64,000 nucleotides of DNA from an uncultured virus (IMG/VR IMGVR_UViG_3300027861_000002). Its lineage: Duplodnaviria; Heunggongvirae; Uroviricota; Caudoviricetes; Schitoviridae. Numbering within the stretch: position 1 is the stretch's first letter; each line of letters starts with the position of its first letter. The notes below the pieces were generated by a model that ran no database searches, was not told the origin of the DNA, and worked only from the letters and a program-made list of their open reading frames with translations. The DNA lies in the IMG/VR virus record IMGVR_UViG_3300027861_000002. One strand, given 5' to 3'. Shown one piece after another: positions 8,481 through 16,929 of the stretch. The translations under genes were made by a program, and so were the position numbers.

Positions 8481-9046
8481 TGAATATTCAATCTGAAATT
8501 ACAGCATTACAAGAACAAATAAACTTACTTAAAGAAAAGCAAGCTAATCAAACTCAACTACCTGACTGGAATAAAGACTTCAAAGATATTCCTATCAATA
8601 TACCATTTCTTATGGGTAATACAGATGAGCATCAAGCAGTTATATTAACTAAACCATATCAAATGTGTGACCACACTGTAACAGAAAAAGAATGGTCTAT
8701 AGTAATGAGCACCGTATATGCTACAAGTGAGGCTGATCTACCTAAGGTGAATATCTCTTGGAATGACTGTCAAGAGTTCATTAAAAAGTTAAATGAATCT
8801 CAGGATGAATGGGAATATTCACTCCCTACAGAAGCTGAGTGGGAATGGGCTTGTAAAGGTGGAAGTTTATTAGAACCCAAGAATATTGATGAGGTTGCTT
8901 GGCATTATCATAACTCAGATGAAAGATTACATGAAGGAAAAGAACTAAAACCTAATGGTTTTGGTTTATATGACATGTTAGGTAATGTCTGGGAATTCTG
9001 TCAAGACTCATACACTTCTTATAAGGATGTTAAAGATGAAAACTAA
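8480..9046 (+). CDS. FGE-sulfatase (SUMF1/CLec-fold) domain protein lacking its C-terminal RGGSW...GFR segment
   Basis: FLMG, PKVNISWNDC, LPTEAEWEWAC and PNGFGLYDMLGNVWEFCQD motifs; stops before RGGSW. Confidence 0.9.
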   Translation: MNIQSEITALQEQINLLKEKQANQTQLPDWNKDFKDIPINIPFLMGNTDEHQAVILTKPYQMCDHTVTEKEWSIVMSTVYATSEADLPKVNISWNDCQEFIKKLNESQDEWEYSLPTEAEWEWACKGGSLLEPKNIDEVAWHYHNSDERLHEGKELKPNGFGLYDMLGNVWEFCQDSYTSYKDVKDEN

Positions 9047-9203
9047 CCCAATTAATACTAGCGGCTCTCGCCGTGTTAACCGAGGTGGCTCGTGGTACGA
9101 CTATGCGAGCAGCAGCCGGTCAGCGTATCGTAACCTCTTCTCGCCTGACTATCGTAGCTACGGTTTAGGGTTCCGTTTGCGCAGGAGAAAGAAAAATGAC
9201 TAA
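9036..9203 (+). CDS. 55-aa peptide equal to the C-terminal variable-region module of an FGE-sulfatase/CLec fold (copy B)
   Basis: MKTNPINTSGSRRVNRGGSWYDYASSSRSAYRNLFSPDYRSYGLGFRLRRRKKND; AAGGA RBS; start homologous to copy A; +1 frame relative to ORF 8480. Confidence 0.8.
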   Translation: MKTNPINTSGSRRVNRGGSWYDYASSSRSAYRNLFSPDYRSYGLGFRLRRRKKND

Positions 9204-9447
9204 AATAAATGAAGGCGTAATCAGTGAGGATGTCCAGAGAGTATTTAATGCTGTAAGTGAAACATTAGCTAAATTAGATATTAGATTACTAGAAGGTAAT
9301 CTTGGGTTAATGTTAATAATAATGACTGTCTTAACAGAAGTAGGTTTGAATGAAAAACAACGCTGGAAATATATAAAAGACTTATATGATCCACTTGTTG
9401 GAGCTACAGTGGAGGAGGAATTGGATAATGAAAAGAAAGAAAAATGA
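9196..9447 (+). CDS. Hypothetical protein
   Basis: 83 aa, AGGAG RBS, overlapping the previous stop. Confidence 0.65.
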   Translation: MTKINEGVISEDVQRVFNAVSETLAKLDIRLLEGNLGLMLIIMTVLTEVGLNEKQRWKYIKDLYDPLVGATVEEELDNEKKEK

Positions 9448-9590
9448 CACATGCAAGTGATGAACCATATCCAGATAAACTCTGTGTAGTATGTCCTAAC
9501 AATGACAGCACTAAACTAGATGGCTGTAAATTAGGTCTTATATTTACAGGTGACAGAGAGATGTTACCTAGAATTCTTGGAGAGTGATGA

Positions 9591-10259
9591 ATGATTAAAG
9601 TATTAAATGAAGGGCATGTACAACTCATAGATCATATGGGTAGTGATTTAGCTATAAGTAGGAATGCGAGAGTATCATACGCTGCAGAATGGAGAGCAGG
9701 TGAAGCAGATACTAAATTAATTAATTATTTATATAATGCAGGGCATAACACGCCATTTGAGGCAGTGACATTCACATTTGATGTGAAAGCACCTATCTTT
9801 GTCTTACGCCAATGGCATAGACATAGAACCCAATCATACAATGAATTGAGTGCTCGATATAAAGAACTTCCAGAAGAATTCTTCATACCTGAACTTGATA
9901 CTATTACATTTCAGCATCCTGACAATAAACAAATGAGGACTGATGAACAGAATCCTAATGCACAGCAGATTCAAGATTTAATTGTTGGTTCAAACAAATC
10001 ATCATTCATTATATACCATGAATTAATTAAACTAGGTTGTCCTAGAGAACTAGCAAGATCAATTCTACCAGTAGGAACTTATTCACACATGTTCTGTACT
10101 CTTAACTTAAATAACTTATTTAAATTCTTACATGAGAGGTGTCATTATCATGCACAGTATGAGATCCAAGTATATGCTAACGCTATGCTTGAGTTGGTAA
10201 AACCAATAGTACCAGTGGCAATGAAATGCTTTGAAGATAACTTTGATTTTAAGAGGTAA
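9591..10259 (+). CDS. thyX: Flavin-dependent thymidylate synthase
   Basis: RHRTQSYNELSARY signature; HNTPFE; ELARSILP; HAQYEI. Confidence 0.96.
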   Translation: MIKVLNEGHVQLIDHMGSDLAISRNARVSYAAEWRAGEADTKLINYLYNAGHNTPFEAVTFTFDVKAPIFVLRQWHRHRTQSYNELSARYKELPEEFFIPELDTITFQHPDNKQMRTDEQNPNAQQIQDLIVGSNKSSFIIYHELIKLGCPRELARSILPVGTYSHMFCTLNLNNLFKFLHERCHYHAQYEIQVYANAMLELVKPIVPVAMKCFEDNFDFKR

Positions 10260-10264
10260 GACTA

Positions 10265-10489
10265 ATGGGCGATGGCACATTTGGATTAACAATAATCCTA
10301 TCTATTCTATTAATAGTTACAGGTTCTTTAAATAGTGTAGAAATTAATCAGAAAGAATTAACTTCAATAACTACTGAATGTAAGTCAGGAATATACTCAG
10401 TGGAAGTGAACCAAGGATTTAAATTTTCAAATAAAATAATACTTTCCTGTAAGGATGGTACTGAAATTAATTTAAATGGGGGTAAATAA
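10265..10489 (+). CDS. Small membrane-anchored hypothetical protein
   Basis: N-terminal hydrophobic stretch, GAGG RBS. Confidence 0.6.
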   Translation: MGDGTFGLTIILSILLIVTGSLNSVEINQKELTSITTECKSGIYSVEVNQGFKFSNKIILSCKDGTEINLNGGK

Positions 10490-10695
10490 TGGATGACTTA
10501 GACTATATGCAAGTGAAAAGAAAGATGCTTGAAGACAGGGATAGACATATTAAAGATCAAGCAGAAGAGGTATTAGCTCTAGAGCTAGTAGTTGATGCAG
10601 CAAGAAGAGTACATATGACTAATCCTTACTCAGAGACTAATGAGAAGTTGAGGAAGAGTATTATTAATCTAGATATCTTGAGGGGTAAATCATGA
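10489..10695 (+). CDS. Hypothetical protein
   Basis: 68 aa, coupled to neighbours. Confidence 0.6.
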   Translation: MDDLDYMQVKRKMLEDRDRHIKDQAEEVLALELVVDAARRVHMTNPYSETNEKLRKSIINLDILRGKS

Positions 10696-11183
10696 ATGCA
10701 GAAATACACCCACATAGCGAGTTATTTAATCAATATAAAGAACTATCAAAGCATGTACCTAATCCATATGACTATGTTGAAGTTGAACTTGACATTGGTG
10801 GTTGGGTTACGTTATCTGATACAAATAAACCAGTTTGGTATAAAGACTGTGCATATAAAATTGACCAAGAGATTCTTCATAAATATGGAATCATACCTAA
10901 ACCAACATCAATGGCAGATGCTATGGAATCAGTGGTAAGGAATTCTAGTGATAAAAACCTAATATTATATAACCACTATTACAAGAATACTCAATTCCTA
11001 GACTTTATTGATGTGTATAGAGTATTGGATCTCTTTAAAGTTACTGATCCATGTAGTCAACATGCAATCAAAAAGTTACTCTGTGCAGGAGACAGAGGAG
11101 CCAAGGATTACAAGAAAGATATCACTGAAGCAAGAGACACATTGAATAGGCAACTAGAGATGATGGAGGAGGATGATGGATAA
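10692..11183 (+). CDS. Phage protein with a C-terminal DUF3310-like domain
   Basis: YNHYYK...IDVYRVLDLFKVTDPCSQHAIKKLLCAGDRGAKD is a common phage C-terminal domain. Confidence 0.7.
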   Translation: MNAEIHPHSELFNQYKELSKHVPNPYDYVEVELDIGGWVTLSDTNKPVWYKDCAYKIDQEILHKYGIIPKPTSMADAMESVVRNSSDKNLILYNHYYKNTQFLDFIDVYRVLDLFKVTDPCSQHAIKKLLCAGDRGAKDYKKDITEARDTLNRQLEMMEEDDG

Positions 11184-11335
11184 ACGAGACATGATACTAT
11201 TTGCAATCATAATATCAGGGGGAATAGTAGCAGGGACTATTAGCTATCAAAGCAATGAACATAGTCATATCCAGGCAATAACTAAGCTTCAAATGATAAC
11301 TAAGCTTCAAATGAATTGTACCAAAGAGGTGAAAA

Positions 11336-11533
11336 GTGAGTGATATCAAAGTACCCAGAATTAACTCACGCTGGGTACATAAGAAAACTGGAAGAGGTTT
11401 CTATGTTGATAATGTAGTGAACCTACATAAAACATCTAGACCTCCAACAGTAATCCTTGACAGGAATGAGCACTGTTACACAGAAACATTGGAGGTATTT
11501 TACCAAGACTATAAGGAAGTATTAAATGGCTGA
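11336..11533 (+). CDS. Small DUF1653-like beta-barrel protein
   Basis: SRWVHKKTGRGFYVDNVVN...PPTVI...LEVF pattern. Confidence 0.5.
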   Translation: MSDIKVPRINSRWVHKKTGRGFYVDNVVNLHKTSRPPTVILDRNEHCYTETLEVFYQDYKEVLNG

Positions 11534-11777
11534 ACTAGAATTACTTAAACAAATATCAGGTCAACTTGAAGGGATACAAGTAGGTACGGTAATAGCCTTG
11601 ATATTGATAGTACTTATATTTGCTAAAATGGTGATGACTGACTAATGTTTGGATCAATAGTTTCAATAGTATTCTTAGCATTACTGATAATGGTTTATCA
11701 CATATGAGGGATACTGAACTACACTAATAATAAAAATAAATAATAACCAATAAAATCCAGAGGAGAATTGAATAATT

Positions 11778-11993
11778 ATGTATAAGAGAAAGCTAACTAA
11801 GGGTGCTCTAATTGAAAAGTATATATGTGAAATAGTAATACCTATGTCATCACTTATGACCGTAATACTACTCTCACTAACTATGTTTGGTGTAATGCCA
11901 GAACCTTGGTTCATTATTCCTATGTTGATACTTGTTTCAGCATTTGGTTTCTTAACATGTGTAGTGGTTCATATAGGAAGGAGAATGTACTAA
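11778..11993 (+). CDS. Two-TM membrane protein
   Basis: Two hydrophobic segments; GAGGAG RBS upstream. Confidence 0.65.
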   Translation: MYKRKLTKGALIEKYICEIVIPMSSLMTVILLSLTMFGVMPEPWFIIPMLILVSAFGFLTCVVVHIGRRMY

Positions 11994-11994
11994 T

Positions 11995-12198
11995 ATGGCT
12001 TATCAGATGATGGGAAGAGAGCAATTTAATCAATTAATTTTAGAACATTTAACTCAGGGTTTCAGGAGAGTAACCATAAGGAAGGCTGATAAGATATTCA
12101 ACAAATACGACAGATATATAGAACATTCAAGAATAATGTCCAAAGAACCCAAGCACGTAGTATCAGAGATACGGAGCAAGGAGAATGATAATGGATAG
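11995..12198 (+). CDS. Hypothetical protein (paralog of 12185..12367)
   Basis: Shares RExF...LT.G...KYxRYI..xR...P..xV..I with the next ORF. Confidence 0.65.
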   Translation: MAYQMMGREQFNQLILEHLTQGFRRVTIRKADKIFNKYDRYIEHSRIMSKEPKHVVSEIRSKENDNG

Positions 12199-12367
12199 AG
12201 ATGAGTTCAAGCAAGTGGTGATAGCTAAACTTACCTATGCTGGTGTAACAAACCAAGAGAGACTATACACGAAATATCACAGGTATATTACACAAGCAAG
12301 AGTAAACCATGTAGCCCCTATTAAAATAGTTAAACAGATCTTAAAATTGGAGAGAAATAATGGCTAG
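12185..12367 (+). CDS. Hypothetical protein (paralog of 11995..12198)
   Basis: Tandem paralog; GGAG RBS. Confidence 0.65.
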   Translation: MIMDRDEFKQVVIAKLTYAGVTNQERLYTKYHRYITQARVNHVAPIKIVKQILKLERNNG

Positions 12368-12483
12368 GCATAAACATGTAGAATTAATAAAGAGATATGC
12401 AGAGATAGCAGGGGTTACTGATGAGCCTGAGAAGTTTGTTAGATATAAAGACATATTAAAGGAACTAAAGTGGAGGTGGAGGA

Positions 12484-12732
12484 ATGACATTAGATGAAGA
12501 CTACTCAACTAAGTGGATCTGTAGTGAATCAGGTAAAGAACTTGATGATGAAGATTTTTTTATTAGTGATAGTGAGTGTATGTGTAATAAGTGTGGAGAG
12601 TTATTTACACAGAATACTGACTTAGGTGTACATATGCAAAGATCGGTAGGTAAGTGGAATAGACCTTCATTGCTTGAATGGTGTCAGGGTAAACGTGCAA
12701 TCTTCATTTTAAAAGGAACAGAAAATGCTTAA
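12484..12732 (+). CDS. Putative zinc-ribbon protein
   Basis: CSES...CNKC motif; GGAGG RBS. Confidence 0.6.
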   Translation: MTLDEDYSTKWICSESGKELDDEDFFISDSECMCNKCGELFTQNTDLGVHMQRSVGKWNRPSLLEWCQGKRAIFILKGTENA

Positions 12733-12940
12733 AATTAATAAACCAATAGTATCAGTATTGTACCTACTCAACAGAGATGAGTTCTTATGAGTATGACTAT
12801 GTGTCAAAATATGATATGTAAAAGTAGCTATAAATGCTCAAGATTCATGTCTGAACCAAATTATCCTATACAAACTTATCGAGATTTTTCACCTAGAGAT
12901 GGTAAGTGTGCAGGATTCATTAAATTAATGGAGACTAAAA

Positions 12941-13147
12941 ATGAAAGGGTTTGATGCTGCTGAGAAGCAATATGAGTGGGCTAATGAATGCCCAGAAAAA
13001 GAACCAAATGTATGTTGGCAATGTGATATGAAAGAAGAACATTTTGACATACACACAGGAACAGAATTTGAATGTGGTATTACACATCAATTGCTGTATT
13101 TCAATAATGAAGAATGCCTTATACCAAGAGTAGAACCAAAAGACTAA
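12941..13147 (+). CDS. Hypothetical Cys-containing protein
   Basis: 68 aa, GGAG RBS. Confidence 0.55.
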   Translation: MKGFDAAEKQYEWANECPEKEPNVCWQCDMKEEHFDIHTGTEFECGITHQLLYFNNEECLIPRVEPKD

Positions 13148-13181
13148 TAATAACAATAAACTTTAAAGAGGATTACAGGTC

Positions 13182-13703
13182 ATGAAAAGACCGATTAAAC
13201 ACTTAATGTTAAAGCAGATGTATTTACAACCAAAAAAGTTCTGGGGTATATGTGAGATGGCTAATGAAATTAGCTGTAGTCCTACCTCAGTAACTGTAGT
13301 TGTAGCTAACATGATTAAAACTAAAGAACTATATAGATCTGCAAGTAAGAGAAGATGTAACAAATCTAACTTCAGATTAAAAATAGCACCAACAGAAAAC
13401 TATAACCAGAAGTGTATTGAAGTAATGAACTTAATTAATACTGAAGAAGTATACTTCAGAGAAATGGCAAATAGTACAGGATTAGATGATCTGTATTTAC
13501 ATACCATCATAAAATGTAACTATCATAAGATCAAGGCAAGGAAACTAAAGAATAGTAAAACTCTCTATAGTAAGAGAGAATCACCTAACCATTACGTACT
13601 TAGCAATGGGCATGTGCTTACACAAGCTTGCCCTTTCTTATCACCTAAACTATTTGAGAGCCTTAAAGTTCCTCTAGTAATTAAAACTTGTCTTCAAAGA
13701 TAG
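13182..13703 (+). CDS. Putative DNA-binding (HTH-like) protein
   Basis: Basic 173-aa ORF with two HTH-like segments (ICEMANEISCSPTSV; FREMANSTGLDDLYL). Confidence 0.5.
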   Translation: MKRPIKHLMLKQMYLQPKKFWGICEMANEISCSPTSVTVVVANMIKTKELYRSASKRRCNKSNFRLKIAPTENYNQKCIEVMNLINTEEVYFREMANSTGLDDLYLHTIIKCNYHKIKARKLKNSKTLYSKRESPNHYVLSNGHVLTQACPFLSPKLFESLKVPLVIKTCLQR

Positions 13704-13768
13704 GTAAACACTTAGCTAAAGCAGAGCTATATAGAGATAGTTATGTGGAAATTAAAAGAGGATAAATA

Positions 13769-14389
13769 ATGGCAATAAAGATTGATAAACCAATAATTGA
13801 TGCAAGGGTTCTTACAGAAGAGAAACCAAAAGAAGAAGTGATTGAACCAAAACTAAGAAAGGTAGATATTAAGAGAGCTAAAACATTGACTGGTACAACT
13901 ACTAAGATCAAGACTAATGAATCAAATATGTACATTACACTTAACAATATTGAAATAGAGGGGAAGATCCATGTACATGAGATATTTATTAATTCTCAGC
14001 ATCAAGGCTCTCACCAGTATATATCTTTTATTAGCCGTCTTATTTCTGCCGTATTTCGTGCTTCGAGAGATCCTTCTTTTATCGTTAGAGAAGCTAAGTC
14101 TATCTTTGCAGAAGAGGGATACTGGGAACAAGGAGGAGGAGGATTCCATCCTTCTGTAATCCATCACATTGGTTGTGTAATAGGAGATCACTTAGAACAC
14201 TTAAAAGTTATCAACTCAGGAGAGAAAGTCCCTGAGAAGGCTCCTATGGAGCAGGAAACACCTAAAGAAGAATCAATCAAAGAAGCCAAGAAACCTAGAG
14301 GTAGTTTATGTCCAGAATGTGGTGAGTATTCTGTAGTGAAAACTGATGGATGTGCGGGATGTATCTGTGGCTATTCACATTGCTCCTAG
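13769..14389 (+). CDS. NrdJb-like / TSCPD-domain protein (C-terminal part of class II ribonucleotide reductase) with zinc ribbon
   Basis: LTGTTTKIKT, MYITLN, EIFINS, ISRLISAVFR; C-terminal CPECG...DGCAGCICGYSHC. Confidence 0.8.
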   Translation: MAIKIDKPIIDARVLTEEKPKEEVIEPKLRKVDIKRAKTLTGTTTKIKTNESNMYITLNNIEIEGKIHVHEIFINSQHQGSHQYISFISRLISAVFRASRDPSFIVREAKSIFAEEGYWEQGGGGFHPSVIHHIGCVIGDHLEHLKVINSGEKVPEKAPMEQETPKEESIKEAKKPRGSLCPECGEYSVVKTDGCAGCICGYSHCS

Positions 14390-14398
14390 GAGAACCGT

Positions 14399-14608
14399 AT
14401 GAAGAAACCAATAATTAAAAAGGTTAAGTGTCCAGATAATAAGCCATGCGGAAGATGTATTTTTGTAGGTGGATCATATGAATGTATGCCACTAGAGTGC
14501 AATTTGTCAGAAGAATATTATTACTTCAAATTAGTTGGATATGTTGAGGATAGAATTAAGAGTTCTATGGGTGTACCTAGCAAATATCAAGGAGAGAGGA
14601 ATGAATGA
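14399..14608 (+). CDS. Hypothetical Cys-rich protein
   Basis: 69 aa, GGAG RBS. Confidence 0.55.
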   Translation: MKKPIIKKVKCPDNKPCGRCIFVGGSYECMPLECNLSEEYYYFKLVGYVEDRIKSSMGVPSKYQGERNE

Positions 14609-14798
14609 ATATGGTAAATGGAACTGGACAGTACCAGAGGGGTTCTATAAAAATGTACCCACCCAAACAATATCACTGAGGAATCACTTAGCTGGCCAAG
14701 CTATAGGTGGTTTAATCAGTAAGTTTGGTAGATATGATGATTTAATTGAAGATGCTTATGAAATGGCAGATGACATGATTAAGGAGAGTCAGAAATGA
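14601..14798 (+). CDS. Conserved small phage protein
   Basis: Likely start at MNEYGK inside ORF 14535..14798; ISLRNHLAGQAIGG...AYEMADDMI is a common phage motif. Confidence 0.65.
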   Translation: MNEYGKWNWTVPEGFYKNVPTQTISLRNHLAGQAIGGLISKFGRYDDLIEDAYEMADDMIKESQK

Positions 14799-14949
14799 AT
14801 AAGTATTTGGTTACCCTAGAACAAATAGAAATTGAAGCTAATTCAGAGGAAGAAGCTTGGGTTATTGCTGCTACTATTTTTGATGATCCAGAATTTGATT
14901 CAATAGAATCTATTCATCTAGACAAAGAAAATATTGAGGAGAGTGAGGG

Positions 14950-15222
14950 ATGAATTTATATTTATTAGAACAAGATGTTAATAGAAAATATGGTACTTAT
15001 AACGCTTTCATATTGACAGCAAAGTCAAAAGAAGTAGCCAAGCTAATGCACCCTGATGGGACTTTATTTAAAAATGTATCTGAATTTAATAAATACAGCG
15101 TTGATGACTGGGCTAGACAAGATGAAGTTACTATTAAATATTTAGGTAAAGCAACGCCAAGCTTAAATACACTTCCAGTGATTCTAACTTCATATTTACC
15201 TAACATGTATGGAGAAAGATAA
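14950..15222 (+). CDS. Conserved hypothetical phage protein
   Basis: MNLYLLEQDVN..YGTYNAFI...MHP...W...VTIKYLGKA pattern. Confidence 0.7.
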   Translation: MNLYLLEQDVNRKYGTYNAFILTAKSKEVAKLMHPDGTLFKNVSEFNKYSVDDWARQDEVTIKYLGKATPSLNTLPVILTSYLPNMYGER

Positions 15223-15684
15223 ATGAAAGGTCACAAACATAAGAAAAAAATACTTGAATACGCTCAGGATTGTCAAGAGGATGCAGAAGCTTGGCAGAAG
15301 TGGGAATTTATTTGGAATGATGTATGGGTGGCTTGTAAAGAGCATCCTGCATGGAATACTGGCACGGAAATATACAGAAGAATTGACCCGTATAGAGAGC
15401 TAAAGGAGGCTCAAGAAAGAGGTGAGGTTATTCAATTTAGATATCTGACAGGTGATTGGAATATAGCTACTACACCAACATGGAATTTACCAGTGGATAG
15501 ATACAGAATCAAACCAAAGGTTAAGAAGTTGTATGCTTTCTTGGTTTGCGCTTCTGCTATAAACACTACTGGATATATGAAAATTTATTTTAAATGTGAA
15601 TCAGGTGCACAAAGCTATTGTGATACACTTGCCATTGAACTAATCAAACAATTAGATGATGAACCAATAGAAATGCCTGAGTAA
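15223..15684 (+). CDS. Hypothetical phage protein with two W..P.W...YR repeats
   Basis: 153 aa; HKHKKKILEYA N-terminus. Confidence 0.7.
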   Translation: MKGHKHKKKILEYAQDCQEDAEAWQKWEFIWNDVWVACKEHPAWNTGTEIYRRIDPYRELKEAQERGEVIQFRYLTGDWNIATTPTWNLPVDRYRIKPKVKKLYAFLVCASAINTTGYMKIYFKCESGAQSYCDTLAIELIKQLDDEPIEMPE

Positions 15685-15688
15685 TAAC

Positions 15689-15706
15689 GCTCCGCTTTCT
15701 TTTTTG
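15689..15706 (+). promoter_or_regulatory. GCTCCGCT phage promoter-like motif
   Basis: Intergenic copy of the motif at 6340 and 28623. Confidence 0.5.
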
Positions 15707-15749
15707 AATTGCTCTATTACATATATGTAAGGGGGATTATTTCTAATAA

Positions 15750-15826
15750 AATCAAGGACTTAAAAAAGAAAAAGTTGTATGTTATTAACATATAGGTTGC
15801 GTATAACATACAACTTTTGGTATACT
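15750..15826 (+). promoter_or_regulatory. IHF-like site, 16-bp inverted repeat and sigma70-like promoter
   Basis: AATCAAGGACTTA (15750-15762) fits WATCAANNNNTTR; arms AAAAGTTGTATGTTAT (15770-15785) and ATAACATACAACTTTT (15803-15818); TTGCGT-N18-TATACT. Confidence 0.5.
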
Positions 15827-15856
15827 TAAAGGCTCTCAAACAATTAAGGAATACCA

Positions 15857-16279
15857 ATGACAACTAATACTACTATATCTGTGCACTGTAATCCAGATAC
15901 AGATGTAAATATTTCAAGTAAGACCAGATATGAAGGTGCTATACTTAAAGAATATTCCCAAATAGGCCGATTAAACACCAAACTAGCTAAAGGAGGTAAT
16001 AGAATGGACATTATTGATTTAATGAATATGTTACCTAAACCATCTAGAAACCTATTCACTAAACTCAAGACAGAAATGAATTACAAGAATAATTTAGCAA
16101 TCCTAGATAAACCAAAAGACAAATCAGATCAAATACGTAGATCCAGAGCAGCTAAAATACTTATCATTCATGATATGGTTAAAAAGCATGGGCAAAGGGG
16201 TTATATGATTAACCCACAACTAATTATACCTCCTATCAAATACCAAGAAACACAAATAGATATTTGGAATAGTCTATAA
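15857..16279 (+). CDS. RepL-like winged-helix protein
   Basis: 140 aa ending ...VKKHGQRGYMINPQLIIP, resembling the Y(M/L)(I/V)NP motif of RepL-type proteins. Confidence 0.5.
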   Translation: MTTNTTISVHCNPDTDVNISSKTRYEGAILKEYSQIGRLNTKLAKGGNRMDIIDLMNMLPKPSRNLFTKLKTEMNYKNNLAILDKPKDKSDQIRRSRAAKILIIHDMVKKHGQRGYMINPQLIIPPIKYQETQIDIWNSL

Positions 16280-16612
16280 TAATTTTAACAATAGGCATGG
16301 CAAACTCTATTAGGGTTTGTTTTATAACATCCTAACCTAGTGGGATGATGTTAAATAAACTGGGTACAATTTCGACAATAAGCAAAAGGGACTCATATAC
16401 CCTGTTAGCCCCTAACCTAAGAGGGGTTTGCTTAATAACTTAGGTACTTATTTCAGGTTAGTCTATAATCTGGACAGGAGTGATTAGTCCCTATAAGCAT
16501 GTGTAACTAATCAATTTTTTATAACCCTATGTGGTTATTTATGTGTAGTAGATTGTAAGAGATCTATTTTGGCTCTATAAGTATTTATCTACTTGTAGAG
16601 TCTTTTTTATTA

Positions 16613-16659
16613 CCTGTGTGTAGCTCAGTCCAGGAGTTCGATTCTTCTCAAGGGCTCCA
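16613..16659 (+). pseudogene. Internally deleted tRNA remnant
   Basis: TAGCTCAG (D-arm start) is joined directly to CAGGAGTTCGATTCTTCT (T-arm) and ends in CCA; no anticodon arm. Confidence 0.55.
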
Positions 16660-16677
16660 ATTTTATATGAGAATGAT

Positions 16678-16869
16678 ATGAGTAATACTAGAAGAGGTAA
16701 TAAGCCTCCTGGACTAGATTTCTGGTCTAAATATAGGTGTAATAGACATGGTGCTTCAGGTTGTGGGAGAGTAGCTAAAGGATTAGCTAGATCTGAGCGA
16801 AGAAATACTAGTAAACATATTATTAAGGAAGAACTTAAAGATTTAATCAATTACACAGCTATTGTCTAG
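16678..16869 (+). CDS. Small basic hypothetical protein
   Basis: 63 aa (MSNTRRGNKPPGLDFWS) within the tRNA cluster. Confidence 0.6.
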   Translation: MSNTRRGNKPPGLDFWSKYRCNRHGASGCGRVAKGLARSERRNTSKHIIKEELKDLINYTAIV

Positions 16870-16929
16870 TGGTTAGGGCAGATCACTTTCTATGATCTAA
16901 CAGGAGTTCGATTCTTCTTAGCTGTATCA
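16855..16929 (+). tRNA. tRNA-Glu(TTC), non-canonical and possibly degenerate
   Basis: Acceptor ACAGCTA/TAGCTGT; anticodon stem GATCA/TGATC with loop CTTTCTA; T-arm AGGAG-TTCGATT-CTTCT. Has T37 and ends TCA instead of CCA. Confidence 0.7.

Noticed and set aside
8307..9203. Complete DGR (TR/VR pair plus RT)
   Set aside because: Neither repeat is an AAC-rich template, mismatches are not confined to adenines of one copy, and no reverse transcriptase or Avd gene is visible in the window.
11278..11313. 18-nt tandem repeat ATAACTAAGCTTCAAATG x2
   Set aside because: Simple in-frame duplication (ITKLQM twice) in a small ORF; no spacer, not CRISPR-like.
16855..16929. Amber suppressor tRNA or stop-codon recoding (CTA in the loop)
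   Set aside because: With the 5-bp stem the anticodon register is TTC. Conserved genes are uninterrupted and end normally in TAA, TAG or TGA.
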